From a virus (Duplodnaviria > Caudoviricetes), in IMG/VR virus record IMGVR_UViG_3300007276_000047, positions 6,529 to 70,528 of that record: a stretch of 64,000 nt of DNA; one strand, written 5' to 3'. This document shows positions 55,780-64,000 of this stretch, one piece after another. The notes beneath the pieces were generated by a model, which saw only the letters and a program-made list of their open reading frames with translations, ran no database searches and was not told the origin of the DNA. Numbering within the stretch: the stretch's first letter is position 1; the number at the start of each line of letters is the position of its first letter. The translations under genes and the position numbers were made by a program.

Positions 55780-56676
55780 TTAAACCTCCGAGTATTCATT
55801 AAGGCGTACTATAGATTTATCAGGAAGTACAGCTCCTAGGTATCTTGGTTGCTGGTAGTTACCATCCTTGACAGACTCGTATCCAAATTTGATTAAGATA
55901 CCGTTTAGAGAATCTGGATCTAGCACCCACTCTCGGCTATTTAGCCCAGTACCTGCTGAAAATACGAAGCCATCTTCATCCCTAACAAGTAGGGAGCCGA
56001 TAGTTCCAGCTCGATCCTCTTCGCCTGGTTTAGTGCCTACAATAGTGGCGTAACCAGTAGGTGTATCTTTAAGTTTAATACGTAGGTTAGACCGCCCTTT
56101 GTCTTTAATTACATGTGTAGGATGCGTTAGAATTAATCCTTCATATCCTTCAGCTAAGGCAGTATGTAAGTCTTTTTTTCCTTGTTCTATCGTTACGCTA
56201 GACGTCTGCAGTACTAACATAAAACTAAGATTATAAGACAGCTGCATAAGCATGGCGTATCGAGCAGAGAATGGATCTTGACGTACATCCTCATTATCAA
56301 AGGATAGAATATCAAAAACATAGAAATGCTCTTTAGGATGGCCTAAACTAAGGATGCCTTTAGCAAACTCTGTGCGGTATGTGGTAATTCTAGAGGATAA
56401 TCCCCGATCGTTTAACATTCCGTTAGAGAAGCCAGTAAATTCAGCTTCTACGTGAAAGCTATAAGGTGCAGACTTCTTAAGGAAATCCGCTAAGGTAGTA
56501 TTATAAAATGGGTGACCATTACTAGACCACATTTTAACTTCTTTGGTTTTAGCGTCAAAAGCAATTTGCACACATTGCCCATCTCGTTTAATAGACTTGT
56601 AGTAGCCATCAGTTAAGAGGGCTTTAGGTGTAATTTTTTCTAAGGCTTTGCCTTTGTATTGAGATATAAATTCCAT
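55780..56676 (-). CDS. lig: ATP-dependent DNA ligase
   Basis: KRDG (motif I), FYVFDI, GYEGLIL, IKLK and an OB-fold tail. Start moved to 56676, after GGAG. Confidence 0.88.
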   Translation of the reverse strand: MEFISQYKGKALEKITPKALLTDGYYKSIKRDGQCVQIAFDAKTKEVKMWSSNGHPFYNTTLADFLKKSAPYSFHVEAEFTGFSNGMLNDRGLSSRITTYRTEFAKGILSLGHPKEHFYVFDILSFDNEDVRQDPFSARYAMLMQLSYNLSFMLVLQTSSVTIEQGKKDLHTALAEGYEGLILTHPTHVIKDKGRSNLRIKLKDTPTGYATIVGTKPGEEDRAGTIGSLLVRDEDGFVFSAGTGLNSREWVLDPDSLNGILIKFGYESVKDGNYQQPRYLGAVLPDKSIVRLNEYSEV

Positions 56677-56691
56677 GGGTTCTCCGTTACT

Positions 56692-56726
56692 AAAAAAAAA
56701 GTCCCACATTATTTCTAATGTGGAAC
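56692..56726 (-). terminator. Rho-independent terminator after the tRNA
   Basis: GTTCCACATT-AGAAAT-AATGTGGGAC-T9. Confidence 0.8.
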
Positions 56727-56733
56727 CAAGATT

Positions 56734-56809
56734 TGGTGCCGAAAGTAGGAATCGAACCCACGACCATCTCCTTACAAAGGAGCTGCTCTACCTACTGAGC
56801 TATTTCGGC
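56734..56809 (-). tRNA. tRNA-Thr(UGU) with encoded CCA
   Basis: GCCGAAATAGCTCAGTAGGTAGAGCAGCTCCTTTGTAAGGAGATGGTCGTGGGTTCGATTCCTACTTTCGGCACCA: 76 nt, full cloverleaf, anticodon TGT. Confidence 0.95.
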
Positions 56810-59446
56810 TTATTTAGTTAATGCTTGTTTAATACATTCTTGTATTTCTTGTTCTGTAGCGCTATTAGGAACAGTAAAAGAATCTGCCCAAGTAGGGTAG
56901 AAAATATCTAGTTCTGCTTCTAATCCCACATCCGGATGCTGGATATGTGGGTCGGTCTGCATACACATGCATTCAATTAAGTTATCGTTAACCCACTTAA
57001 CACATTCTAGATCCGAAGGCCCAAACGTGTAAATAGCATCATGTATAACATTCTGCATATGTACGGTGTACCTATATTTGCTCGCCCATACTCTTCGCAT
57101 GAAGTCATCTGCAGCTTTGGTATTCATCTGCCCATAGCTTTGGGAGATTGCATTCCCTACAGATCGGCGTTCAGCATCAACTGTAGCCGGGGTGACAGAT
57201 GTATTAGCTATTGATTTGGCCATAGCTGGTGTATCAATACGTAAGCCAAAAGCTACAGTAACATACCCATCCTTCATCCCTTGATCCAGAATATCGTTAA
57301 TAGTTTCAAAATACTTTGCATATAGCTTGTGAAACGCGTCTACAAGTCTTTTACTTTTTTCTTCTGAGTAACCTTGGTTATTCATTAGAGTTTTATAGTT
57401 CCCGAAGAACTGGAGAGCAAAAGTAGTAGGTTTACTATTTTTTCTATCTGTAACGCCCAGCTTCATTATTAAGTTTATGCACTGAGGATCCTCTGGGTCT
57501 GTAATCATGGAGTACCAAGATTCAGTACCGTCCGCATAAGCGTACGTATTAAGTGAATGGGAGTCGAAACCATCTGTGTATACTTTAAGCATATTTGGGT
57601 CTTTCGTACGAAGAGCACCAATTCTAGCTTCTAGAGCATTAAAATCCGGTCCAAGCATTACTTTGCCCGGCGGAGCTTTAAAGCACTTTTTAATAGCTTT
57701 GCCCCAGTGACTGCCTGAAGGTAGATTCTGCATATTAGGATCATTAGACGAGAGCCTAGCGGATATAGTTCCGCCTTGGTTAATGCTCCCGTGTAGGTAG
57801 TAGATACCGTCTTTCTTTCTAATAGATTTAGTAATAAAAGCTTTAACGAATGTACCGTTAATCTTCTGTACTTCTAAGTATTCGCGTACATCCTGTAGGA
57901 AGCTTAAAGCTAGTTGAGCATTCTGTCCTGGGACATTTCCGGATTCAATCCACTGTACATGTTTTTGTAGGGTATCGTCAGCTACTGAGGGCTCTCGTGC
58001 TTTTAATGTCTTATCGATTATAGGTAAAGCGAAGTACTCATGGAGTATCCATACGATCGCTCTATCTTGTGTAGGTTTAAATTCTAGTTTATCTGCTTTC
58101 CATTCCTTAAAATACTCAAGAGTATGCCCCGCTCCCTTTACTGAGTTTTGGTACTTAGCGTGGTCCATAACAGCTCGGTGTTCTACGTACTCTTGTACAG
58201 CCGTAGTATTTCGTAATTGAAAGAGTAAAGTCTCTTCCTTTGTATCTAGTTCTGTACGTAGTCTGAGAACCTCAGGCATATCCAAAGGCATACCTGTTAA
58301 CTCCATAGTTATAAGAGTTCTCTGATTTGTCTGGAAGTGGTTTAAATACAGTTCTTCTTGATTTCTAGATTTAAGAGTAGGATAGTTTTTTTCATATATC
58401 CAGTAAGTAGCACAACAGTCTTTTAAGTTATATTCGAGAACTACATCCAATGGGTGTTTACGAATATCTTTAACGTCTATTGCGTAGCGGCCGGTGTACT
58501 CTAAAGCTAAATGCTTTAGATTTAAAATATTTCCAGCTGCTGAATTTGTAGCTAAATAGGCTATATCTTTGGTACAGTATGCGTTAGTAGTAAGTAGCTC
58601 TACCCCGTCTACCATAGCTTTGTAGTCAAGAAGATCATTCTTCATGAAGACGTTGGCTACTAGGTGTTTAACGTCGTAGGCTATACCGTGGTAATACGTG
58701 ATACCTCCTCGTTTACTATATTCTTCTAGGAAGTCCTTAACTAGGGATCTTATCTCCCAATTTGGTTTAGGTTCTTGGAAGTCCTCTCGATAGTCGACGC
58801 CGAAAGCTATACCGCTATCTATACTATAAGCAAAGCCAATAGTGGCTACGCCTGCGTCGTCTAAGCGTAAACCGAAGCCTTCTATATCTACAGCTAAAGC
58901 CGGGTAGTCTAATAACTTATCTAGTTCCCTTTTGATATCTACAGAAGTATGGGGATATATGGGGTTTTTGAGAATATCTTTTTCCCTATACTTCCCCTTA
59001 TATGATTCAACGAGTGCATCAAGGCTTAAATTAACCCTCTCAGCAGCTTTATCGTTGAATTGATACGTTGTGTAGAGTAGGGCTTTAAAGAGCCTCTGAG
59101 GGCCCATAACGTTGGGTAGAAGTACTCCTGAGAGGTTAGCTAAGTTCTGTAGCTTAGCTAGTTTCTTAAGGTATGGGGTATCCGCTACCAAAACATGCTG
59201 ACAACCACAGGTATCCATGAATTCTTGTAGGAGGGGTACCGATTGCTTCATAGTAGCTGCAGAACATTTCTTATAGTCCGTATAAGGTAAGCCTATAACA
59301 ATAATATCCTCTATGCGTATCCCCCGGGATACTAGAGGATCTACATAGTATTCTTTGATCTTTTTGTATTGGCCACCCACAAGGTAGCTCTTTATAAGTA
59401 TAGCTACCGAGTATTGAGTATTAGGCGCATACGTTATATTTTCCAT
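56810..59446 (-). CDS. polA: Family A DNA polymerase with 3'-5' exonuclease (N4 gp39-like)
   Basis: Exo motifs DIEG and YNLKDC. Pol motifs DFNALEAR (A), RKNSKPTTFALQFFG (B) and IHDA (C). Confidence 0.93.
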   Translation of the reverse strand: MENITYAPNTQYSVAILIKSYLVGGQYKKIKEYYVDPLVSRGIRIEDIIVIGLPYTDYKKCSAATMKQSVPLLQEFMDTCGCQHVLVADTPYLKKLAKLQNLANLSGVLLPNVMGPQRLFKALLYTTYQFNDKAAERVNLSLDALVESYKGKYREKDILKNPIYPHTSVDIKRELDKLLDYPALAVDIEGFGLRLDDAGVATIGFAYSIDSGIAFGVDYREDFQEPKPNWEIRSLVKDFLEEYSKRGGITYYHGIAYDVKHLVANVFMKNDLLDYKAMVDGVELLTTNAYCTKDIAYLATNSAAGNILNLKHLALEYTGRYAIDVKDIRKHPLDVVLEYNLKDCCATYWIYEKNYPTLKSRNQEELYLNHFQTNQRTLITMELTGMPLDMPEVLRLRTELDTKEETLLFQLRNTTAVQEYVEHRAVMDHAKYQNSVKGAGHTLEYFKEWKADKLEFKPTQDRAIVWILHEYFALPIIDKTLKAREPSVADDTLQKHVQWIESGNVPGQNAQLALSFLQDVREYLEVQKINGTFVKAFITKSIRKKDGIYYLHGSINQGGTISARLSSNDPNMQNLPSGSHWGKAIKKCFKAPPGKVMLGPDFNALEARIGALRTKDPNMLKVYTDGFDSHSLNTYAYADGTESWYSMITDPEDPQCINLIMKLGVTDRKNSKPTTFALQFFGNYKTLMNNQGYSEEKSKRLVDAFHKLYAKYFETINDILDQGMKDGYVTVAFGLRIDTPAMAKSIANTSVTPATVDAERRSVGNAISQSYGQMNTKAADDFMRRVWASKYRYTVHMQNVIHDAIYTFGPSDLECVKWVNDNLIECMCMQTDPHIQHPDVGLEAELDIFYPTWADSFTVPNSATEQEIQECIKQALTK

Positions 59447-59830
59447 TTAAGATTCCATAAATTTTGTAGCATCTTCAGTTGTAACTTCTGTACCATAAGA
59501 AAAAGTTAAGCCAAGTTTCCCATAGGGATCATATCGAGTCATACCCTCATCGAGGGCTCGTAATTCAATATTTAGAACTTTCTTTGGGTCTAGATCTTCT
59601 ATATCTGCATAAGTTATGTAGTTAAAAGGATTGCTTTGTATTATCTTCCAGGTAGGAGCATCTGGAGCAAATCGAACAGAATACCCAAAGGCTTGGATTG
59701 CCCATTCTTTAGCCAGCTCCTGATGTAACCACATGTTCCATCCTTTACTAGAAAGAATGTGCAATTTCAGATACACGGACTTATCTGCCTTGGTTACTCG
59801 CCAGTAACTAATATTTTTTGGGTATTGCAT
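59447..59830 (-). CDS. Hypothetical protein
   Basis: 127 aa between the helicase and polymerase genes. Confidence 0.65.
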   Translation of the reverse strand: MQYPKNISYWRVTKADKSVYLKLHILSSKGWNMWLHQELAKEWAIQAFGYSVRFAPDAPTWKIIQSNPFNYITYADIEDLDPKKVLNIELRALDEGMTRYDPYGKLGLTFSYGTEVTTEDATKFMES

Positions 59831-59840
59831 ATTATCTCCT

Positions 59841-61118
59841 TTATTCTATACGTACAAATAGTTTAATTCTATGTCGGCTTTCTGCTACATGTTTAGCCCG
59901 ACGGAATGTTTCTTGATCCCATTTTTTAAGCGCCAGAAGATTAACTAAGTCTAAGAATACGTAATCCCAAGTTCCTCCCTGAGCTCCGTGAATAGTCTTA
60001 GCCTGCGTAGAAGCTACTAAAGAAGGGTAAACTTCCTCTGGGCGACGTTTATGTTTTTTGCTGGCTAAGAATTCATAGTGTGCATAAGATGTGCCTACAT
60101 ATGATCTTCGATGGGCAGATTTTCTGCCATTAGAAAAGGGGATATACACATCTCCGTTAGTATCTCTTCTAAGAGGTATATTACTTTTTTTAGTTATAAA
60201 GGAAGATCCTGCTCTAAGTGCTTGTGTAGGGCCGGCTAAGTCAAAGTATCCTGGGCGCCCCATGGCTTGTCTTATCATACCTACTAGCTCAAATACTCGT
60301 TTATTAGTGTGCGCTAAAGTTATACAAGATTGTGCTTTAGGTGAGGTATATGCTTTCTTAATAGTATCTTCCCACTCTGGAGTTTTAAGGTACACCACAC
60401 TAGAGTTTTGTATATAAGAGGGTTCTGCTTGATTAATAACATCATTCTCTGAGTTGTCGTACACTTCTTGGACTTCAGCATTTCCTGCTCGATAAGAAGT
60501 ATTTAAGAAAAAATTATCCCAACCTTGAGTAAATATTTTAGAGGGACCACTGCTTGTGCCTAATTGATTCTCACTCCCTATAAAGATTATGCGAATCTTA
60601 GGAAACCACTTAGTTATTAAAGTTAAAGTCTCTTGCGAGATGAAATTAGATTCATCACATACAAATATGTGATCTGTAGTGTAATCCATCTCTAAATGAG
60701 TTGGGTTATATGCTGCAGGTTTTGTGTATTTACCACTACGTTTATGGATGATCCCTTTAGAAGGGACTAAGCCCAATTGGGAATATATAGTTGTGAGGTC
60801 ATACATAGTTAAATGTTTGCTTAGTACGCCTAAACATTCATGTGTTGTGCCGGTTACTATAAGTTCAGGAACATCCGCTAAGATATTTAATTTTGTATAG
60901 GATTCGTAAGTAGCGTAGAGTTCTTTAATTAAGTGAGTCTTACCCGCCCCGGGTCCTCCAGTAACAGTACAGTGTTGTGAAGCATTAGGATCCAAAGTCC
61001 ACGCTATTAGCCCAGATATAATGTCGTCAGGGCCGCCAGTAATTTTTGTATTTGGATTGTTAGATAATTTTGCTTTCATGTAGTCTATTTCCTTATTATT
61101 TCTGCAAGGACGTAGCAA
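59841..61118 (-). CDS. SF1 (Dda/RecD-like) helicase (N4 gp37-like)
   Basis: GGPGAGKT, VCDES, GSENQL, AKTIHGAQGGTW. Confidence 0.85.
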   Translation of the reverse strand: MLRPCRNNKEIDYMKAKLSNNPNTKITGGPDDIISGLIAWTLDPNASQHCTVTGGPGAGKTHLIKELYATYESYTKLNILADVPELIVTGTTHECLGVLSKHLTMYDLTTIYSQLGLVPSKGIIHKRSGKYTKPAAYNPTHLEMDYTTDHIFVCDESNFISQETLTLITKWFPKIRIIFIGSENQLGTSSGPSKIFTQGWDNFFLNTSYRAGNAEVQEVYDNSENDVINQAEPSYIQNSSVVYLKTPEWEDTIKKAYTSPKAQSCITLAHTNKRVFELVGMIRQAMGRPGYFDLAGPTQALRAGSSFITKKSNIPLRRDTNGDVYIPFSNGRKSAHRRSYVGTSYAHYEFLASKKHKRRPEEVYPSLVASTQAKTIHGAQGGTWDYVFLDLVNLLALKKWDQETFRRAKHVAESRHRIKLFVRIE

Positions 61119-61452
61119 GCATCTGTAAGATAATTCTTGCAGATTCTTTACCCTGAGAGAGTGCGGCCATTATGGTATCAAAACGCTCTAACTGCTCGGG
61201 AGCGTAAGTTAAGTTAAATCGTTCTATCCTTATAGGAGTATCTGCTTTTGCTGTACGGTTTGAATGCCGACCAGTAGGGGATATATGAGTTAATATAATC
61301 CCTAGTGTACGTTGGGAGTGAGGCCATATAGTAACTGTACTTTGATTATGCGGTATGGGTCTACCTTTAGAACAATATTCGCATATATCCTTAACTACTA
61401 CCCACGGGCAAATAGCACCGTCGTAGTACTCTCCTACTTTAGAGTCAGTCAT
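61096..61452 (-). CDS. Hypothetical protein (CxxC-containing)
   Basis: 118 aa, overlapping both neighbours. Confidence 0.6.
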   Translation of the reverse strand: MTDSKVGEYYDGAICPWVVVKDICEYCSKGRPIPHNQSTVTIWPHSQRTLGIILTHISPTGRHSNRTAKADTPIRIERFNLTYAPEQLERFDTIMAALSQGKESARIILQMLATSLQK

Positions 61453-62629
61453 TTATCTTCTCGCTATTGATGTGTAAAACAACCCCATAATCACAAGTGA
61501 AAGTAGGGTTGTCTACTATTAACCATATGACTTTATACCCTGGATTTTCTGTGTCAGGAATATAACCATCGGTAGCTACGATAAGTAATTTAGGAATACA
61601 TTTATTATCCTCTAAATGTTTATATACTATATCTACGTAGGTTCCTCCGTATCCGTTAAGTTGTAAGTCAGCTATCTCATCTCGCCTACGTAAATGCCAT
61701 TCATCTACAATTTTGTCGTCAAAAGTAATTAGGTGAAATTTATCGACGTATCGAGTAAGTATGTCGTGAGCTATAGAAGCTATTTTGTTTAGAGCCTCTT
61801 GTCCTACAGAACCAGAAACATCCATAGCCATAGTAGCCTCAAATTGTTGTTTCTTGACTCTAGAGGGTAAGTACACTTGACTAGCCATGCGTCGATTTGG
61901 CCGTGCCCAAGTAGGCATATCAGATTTAAGCTTAGTAGCCGCCTCTTGGAGGTACCTGTACCACGGGATATCATCTCCACGGAGAAGATCTATCTGTCTA
62001 GCAGCTGCTTTAGAGGCTGCAGTCGAGTAACCCTCAGCCTCTGCTTGAATAGCCGCCTGTAGGATCGCTGAATCAATATCTGCTTCCTCTTCTTTAGTAG
62101 GCGCCGGGATACCCGAACCGGGGTTCGGGGTATCTCCGTCATCAGGTTGATCTCCTGCTTGACATTGTACTTCTGGATGCCCTAAATCTTTCTGCCCGTC
62201 CTCGGGACTGAGCAGTTTATAGATTTCGAACATATCCATTCCTAGATACTGTTCTCCGTTAGGTACTAACCCTACAATAACCGCATTTTGTCCAAGCTCA
62301 ATTTGCTGGGAAGCTATAGATAGATCAGCCGCTACATTCATACGCATGTGATCAATATTAGGTAAGTTCCTAATACGTACCAGATGTTTACTAATAATAT
62401 GTAGTACCTCATGGGTTAGTGTATTAAGCCTGTCTTCCCTATCGCTGGCCATCCATGCAGGAGTGAAATATATTTTCACCCCATCGGTATACCCCGGTAC
62501 TTCAGGCATTTCTTCGATAGTAGGTCCTGGTTGAATACGCACTCGAGCAGCTACGTTATATAAATACCGGTCGGCTTTATATAGCTCTAGTAAGGCTACG
62601 CCAAGATATTCCTTAAATTGGGGATCCAT
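61445..62629 (-). CDS. Metallopeptidase plus vWA domain protein (N4 gp25-like)
   Basis: HEVLH zincin motif; MIDAS DVSGS; GGT and ATDGY. Confidence 0.88.
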   Translation of the reverse strand: MDPQFKEYLGVALLELYKADRYLYNVAARVRIQPGPTIEEMPEVPGYTDGVKIYFTPAWMASDREDRLNTLTHEVLHIISKHLVRIRNLPNIDHMRMNVAADLSIASQQIELGQNAVIVGLVPNGEQYLGMDMFEIYKLLSPEDGQKDLGHPEVQCQAGDQPDDGDTPNPGSGIPAPTKEEEADIDSAILQAAIQAEAEGYSTAASKAAARQIDLLRGDDIPWYRYLQEAATKLKSDMPTWARPNRRMASQVYLPSRVKKQQFEATMAMDVSGSVGQEALNKIASIAHDILTRYVDKFHLITFDDKIVDEWHLRRRDEIADLQLNGYGGTYVDIVYKHLEDNKCIPKLLIVATDGYIPDTENPGYKVIWLIVDNPTFTCDYGVVLHINSEKIND

Positions 62630-63714
62630 TACTTTACTCCTGAGATGATGCTAAGCAGCTTTTCTCCTTCGGCCACAAATTTCATAAAAGCAGGGCTTTG
62701 AATTAAGCCTGATAACTTAGCTGGTGGAAGGTTAGTCAAGCTCATGAAATTAACTGCTTTATGGTTATCCTGCATACGAGCCATTACTTGGAGTACCTTT
62801 TCGATATTAGAGGCCTCAGCATGAGATACCAAGGATTGCCCTAACAAGAACATCGATCCAGGACGTAAAGCATCAATATCAAAGCCTTCAGGATCGGCCA
62901 ATATATCGGCCAAAGGGGGTAGGTCTGTAGCTTCAGCGAAGTCTAGAAGAGCTAAACCGGCCTTTGTTCCTAGGAATTGTACTGGAGCGCCTTTAGTTAA
63001 TAATGAATCACTAGTAAATAGATCACCATCCATAAAAGCATGTAGTCGAGCATGTGTACGTGGTGTGGCAAAAGCATCCTCATTTGATTCTGGGTCATAG
63101 GTGCTAAGCATCTGTGGATTATCTGCGATAAATGCACGTTGGACGGGAGAGATACCTTTGTTAGTAGCCCAACCGATCCATTCTTTATGGCAGAGGTTAA
63201 CCATGACATGCATCATTCGATTAGCCACGGTAGGGATAAGTTCTTCTGTTAGCGCACCTGCAGAACCAGGATTACCAGAAGCTACGAAACGTACATTAGG
63301 GTGGATCTTAGAGTTATTAACCATCCGTTCGTTAAGCAATCGGTAGATGGCTTTAAGGGTTGGGGTATCCCCTTCTGGTAATTCATCGATGTAGACTACT
63401 ACGCTTCGAATATTATCTGGTAAGGGATCGTGCTCTAGTGGAACTAATGTAGGATCATTAGTAATAGTTCGGCCACCCTCTAAGGAAGGAATACCCGTAA
63501 AATCTAAGGGATCTCTAGAGCCTAAGGATAGGGTAATCTGCATGCAGTTAGGAATAGAAGCTACAAGATCTTCAATCATCTCTGTTTTACCGATTCCACT
63601 AGGGCCCCAGATCATGGGTATATTATTTGTTTTAAAGCAACGTTTAATAATTTCTTTAGTTTGACCTAAAGTACGATTAATAGACTTTGCATACAAGGGG
63701 GATATGTCAGACAT
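62629..63714 (-). CDS. MoxR-like AAA+ ATPase (N4 gp24-like)
   Basis: GPSGIGKT, YIDE, ASGN, FATPRT. Confidence 0.88.
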   Translation of the reverse strand: MSDISPLYAKSINRTLGQTKEIIKRCFKTNNIPMIWGPSGIGKTEMIEDLVASIPNCMQITLSLGSRDPLDFTGIPSLEGGRTITNDPTLVPLEHDPLPDNIRSVVVYIDELPEGDTPTLKAIYRLLNERMVNNSKIHPNVRFVASGNPGSAGALTEELIPTVANRMMHVMVNLCHKEWIGWATNKGISPVQRAFIADNPQMLSTYDPESNEDAFATPRTHARLHAFMDGDLFTSDSLLTKGAPVQFLGTKAGLALLDFAEATDLPPLADILADPEGFDIDALRPGSMFLLGQSLVSHAEASNIEKVLQVMARMQDNHKAVNFMSLTNLPPAKLSGLIQSPAFMKFVAEGEKLLSIISGVK

Positions 63715-63876
63715 TTAAGTATTCTCCGAATTATGAGTTTGTCGTGGTTTACGACGTTGGGTTTTCTCCTCTACGAGGGGTAACTTTGGTAATTTAGGCT
63801 TACGTGGTTTAACTAATTTAGAACCAGATAAGAGTTCATTATTTTCATCTAAGTCCTGTGGACGTAGTTTCGACAT
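63715..63876 (-). CDS. Small basic protein (MSKLRPQDLD...)
   Basis: Start moved to 63876, after GGAG. The ORF-track extension runs into a low-complexity tract. Confidence 0.6.
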   Translation of the reverse strand: MSKLRPQDLDENNELLSGSKLVKPRKPKLPKLPLVEEKTQRRKPRQTHNSENT

Positions 63877-63941
63877 TGTAATACTCCGTAAATAGTAAAG
63901 CTCACCAACAGAGCACTCGTATAAGCACGAGCGGAGCGAGC

Positions 63942-63998
63942 AAGAAAAAAAAAAAGAAAAAAAAAACAAAAATCATCACAACAGAGAAAAAAAAAAAA
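63942..63998 (+). repeat. A-rich low-complexity tract
   Basis: Several poly-A runs of 9-12 nt. Confidence 0.8.
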
Positions 63999-64000
63999 CC

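Noticed and set aside
56734-56809. tRNA as an attP integration site
   Set aside because: No integrase or excisionase in the window. The tRNA is complete and has its own terminator.
18501-59446. Inteins, introns or homing endonucleases in terminase, RNR or polymerase
   Set aside because: Protein lengths and motif spacing are continuous. No splice motifs or HNH/LAGLIDADG/GIY-YIG ORFs were seen.

Overview
The window is most of the genome of an N4-like lytic podophage (Schitoviridae-type). The diagnostic features are a 3921-aa cysteine-free virion RNA polymerase and N4-order terminase, portal, capsid and ejection genes. The contig looks circularly permuted relative to the physical map, with the inferred genome-end junction near 14.5 kb. 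Layout: (i) 1-498, end of a plus-strand metallophosphoesterase; (ii) 549-14352, about 45 small minus-strand early/accessory genes; (iii) 14683-17336, an inverted collagen/gC1q-like fibre operon; (iv) 17438-44727, the plus-strand late operon including an SGNH-esterase tail appendage; (v) 44837-63876, the minus-strand replication and nucleotide-metabolism block (SSB, AAA ATPase, primase, RusA, exonuclease, NrdJa/NrdJb, ligase, tRNA-Thr, family A polymerase, helicase, vWA/metallopeptidase, MoxR ATPase). The RNAP1/RNAP2 genes and a lysis cassette are not visible in the window. There is no integrase, CRISPR array, reverse transcriptase or recognisable intein. Best leads: a ~360-nt highly structured non-coding segment divergently paired with an unannotated 33-aa membrane peptide (6259-6815); a twice-repeated 26-bp hairpin-less early promoter candidate; a PcfJ-DUF6878/DUF6915-like cassette bracketed by a duplicated gene; nuclease-like and zincin-like modules inside the vRNAP; and a PAS/ssi-like hairpin at the start of the packaging genes. 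All family names were recognised by eye from motifs and synteny, not from database searches.
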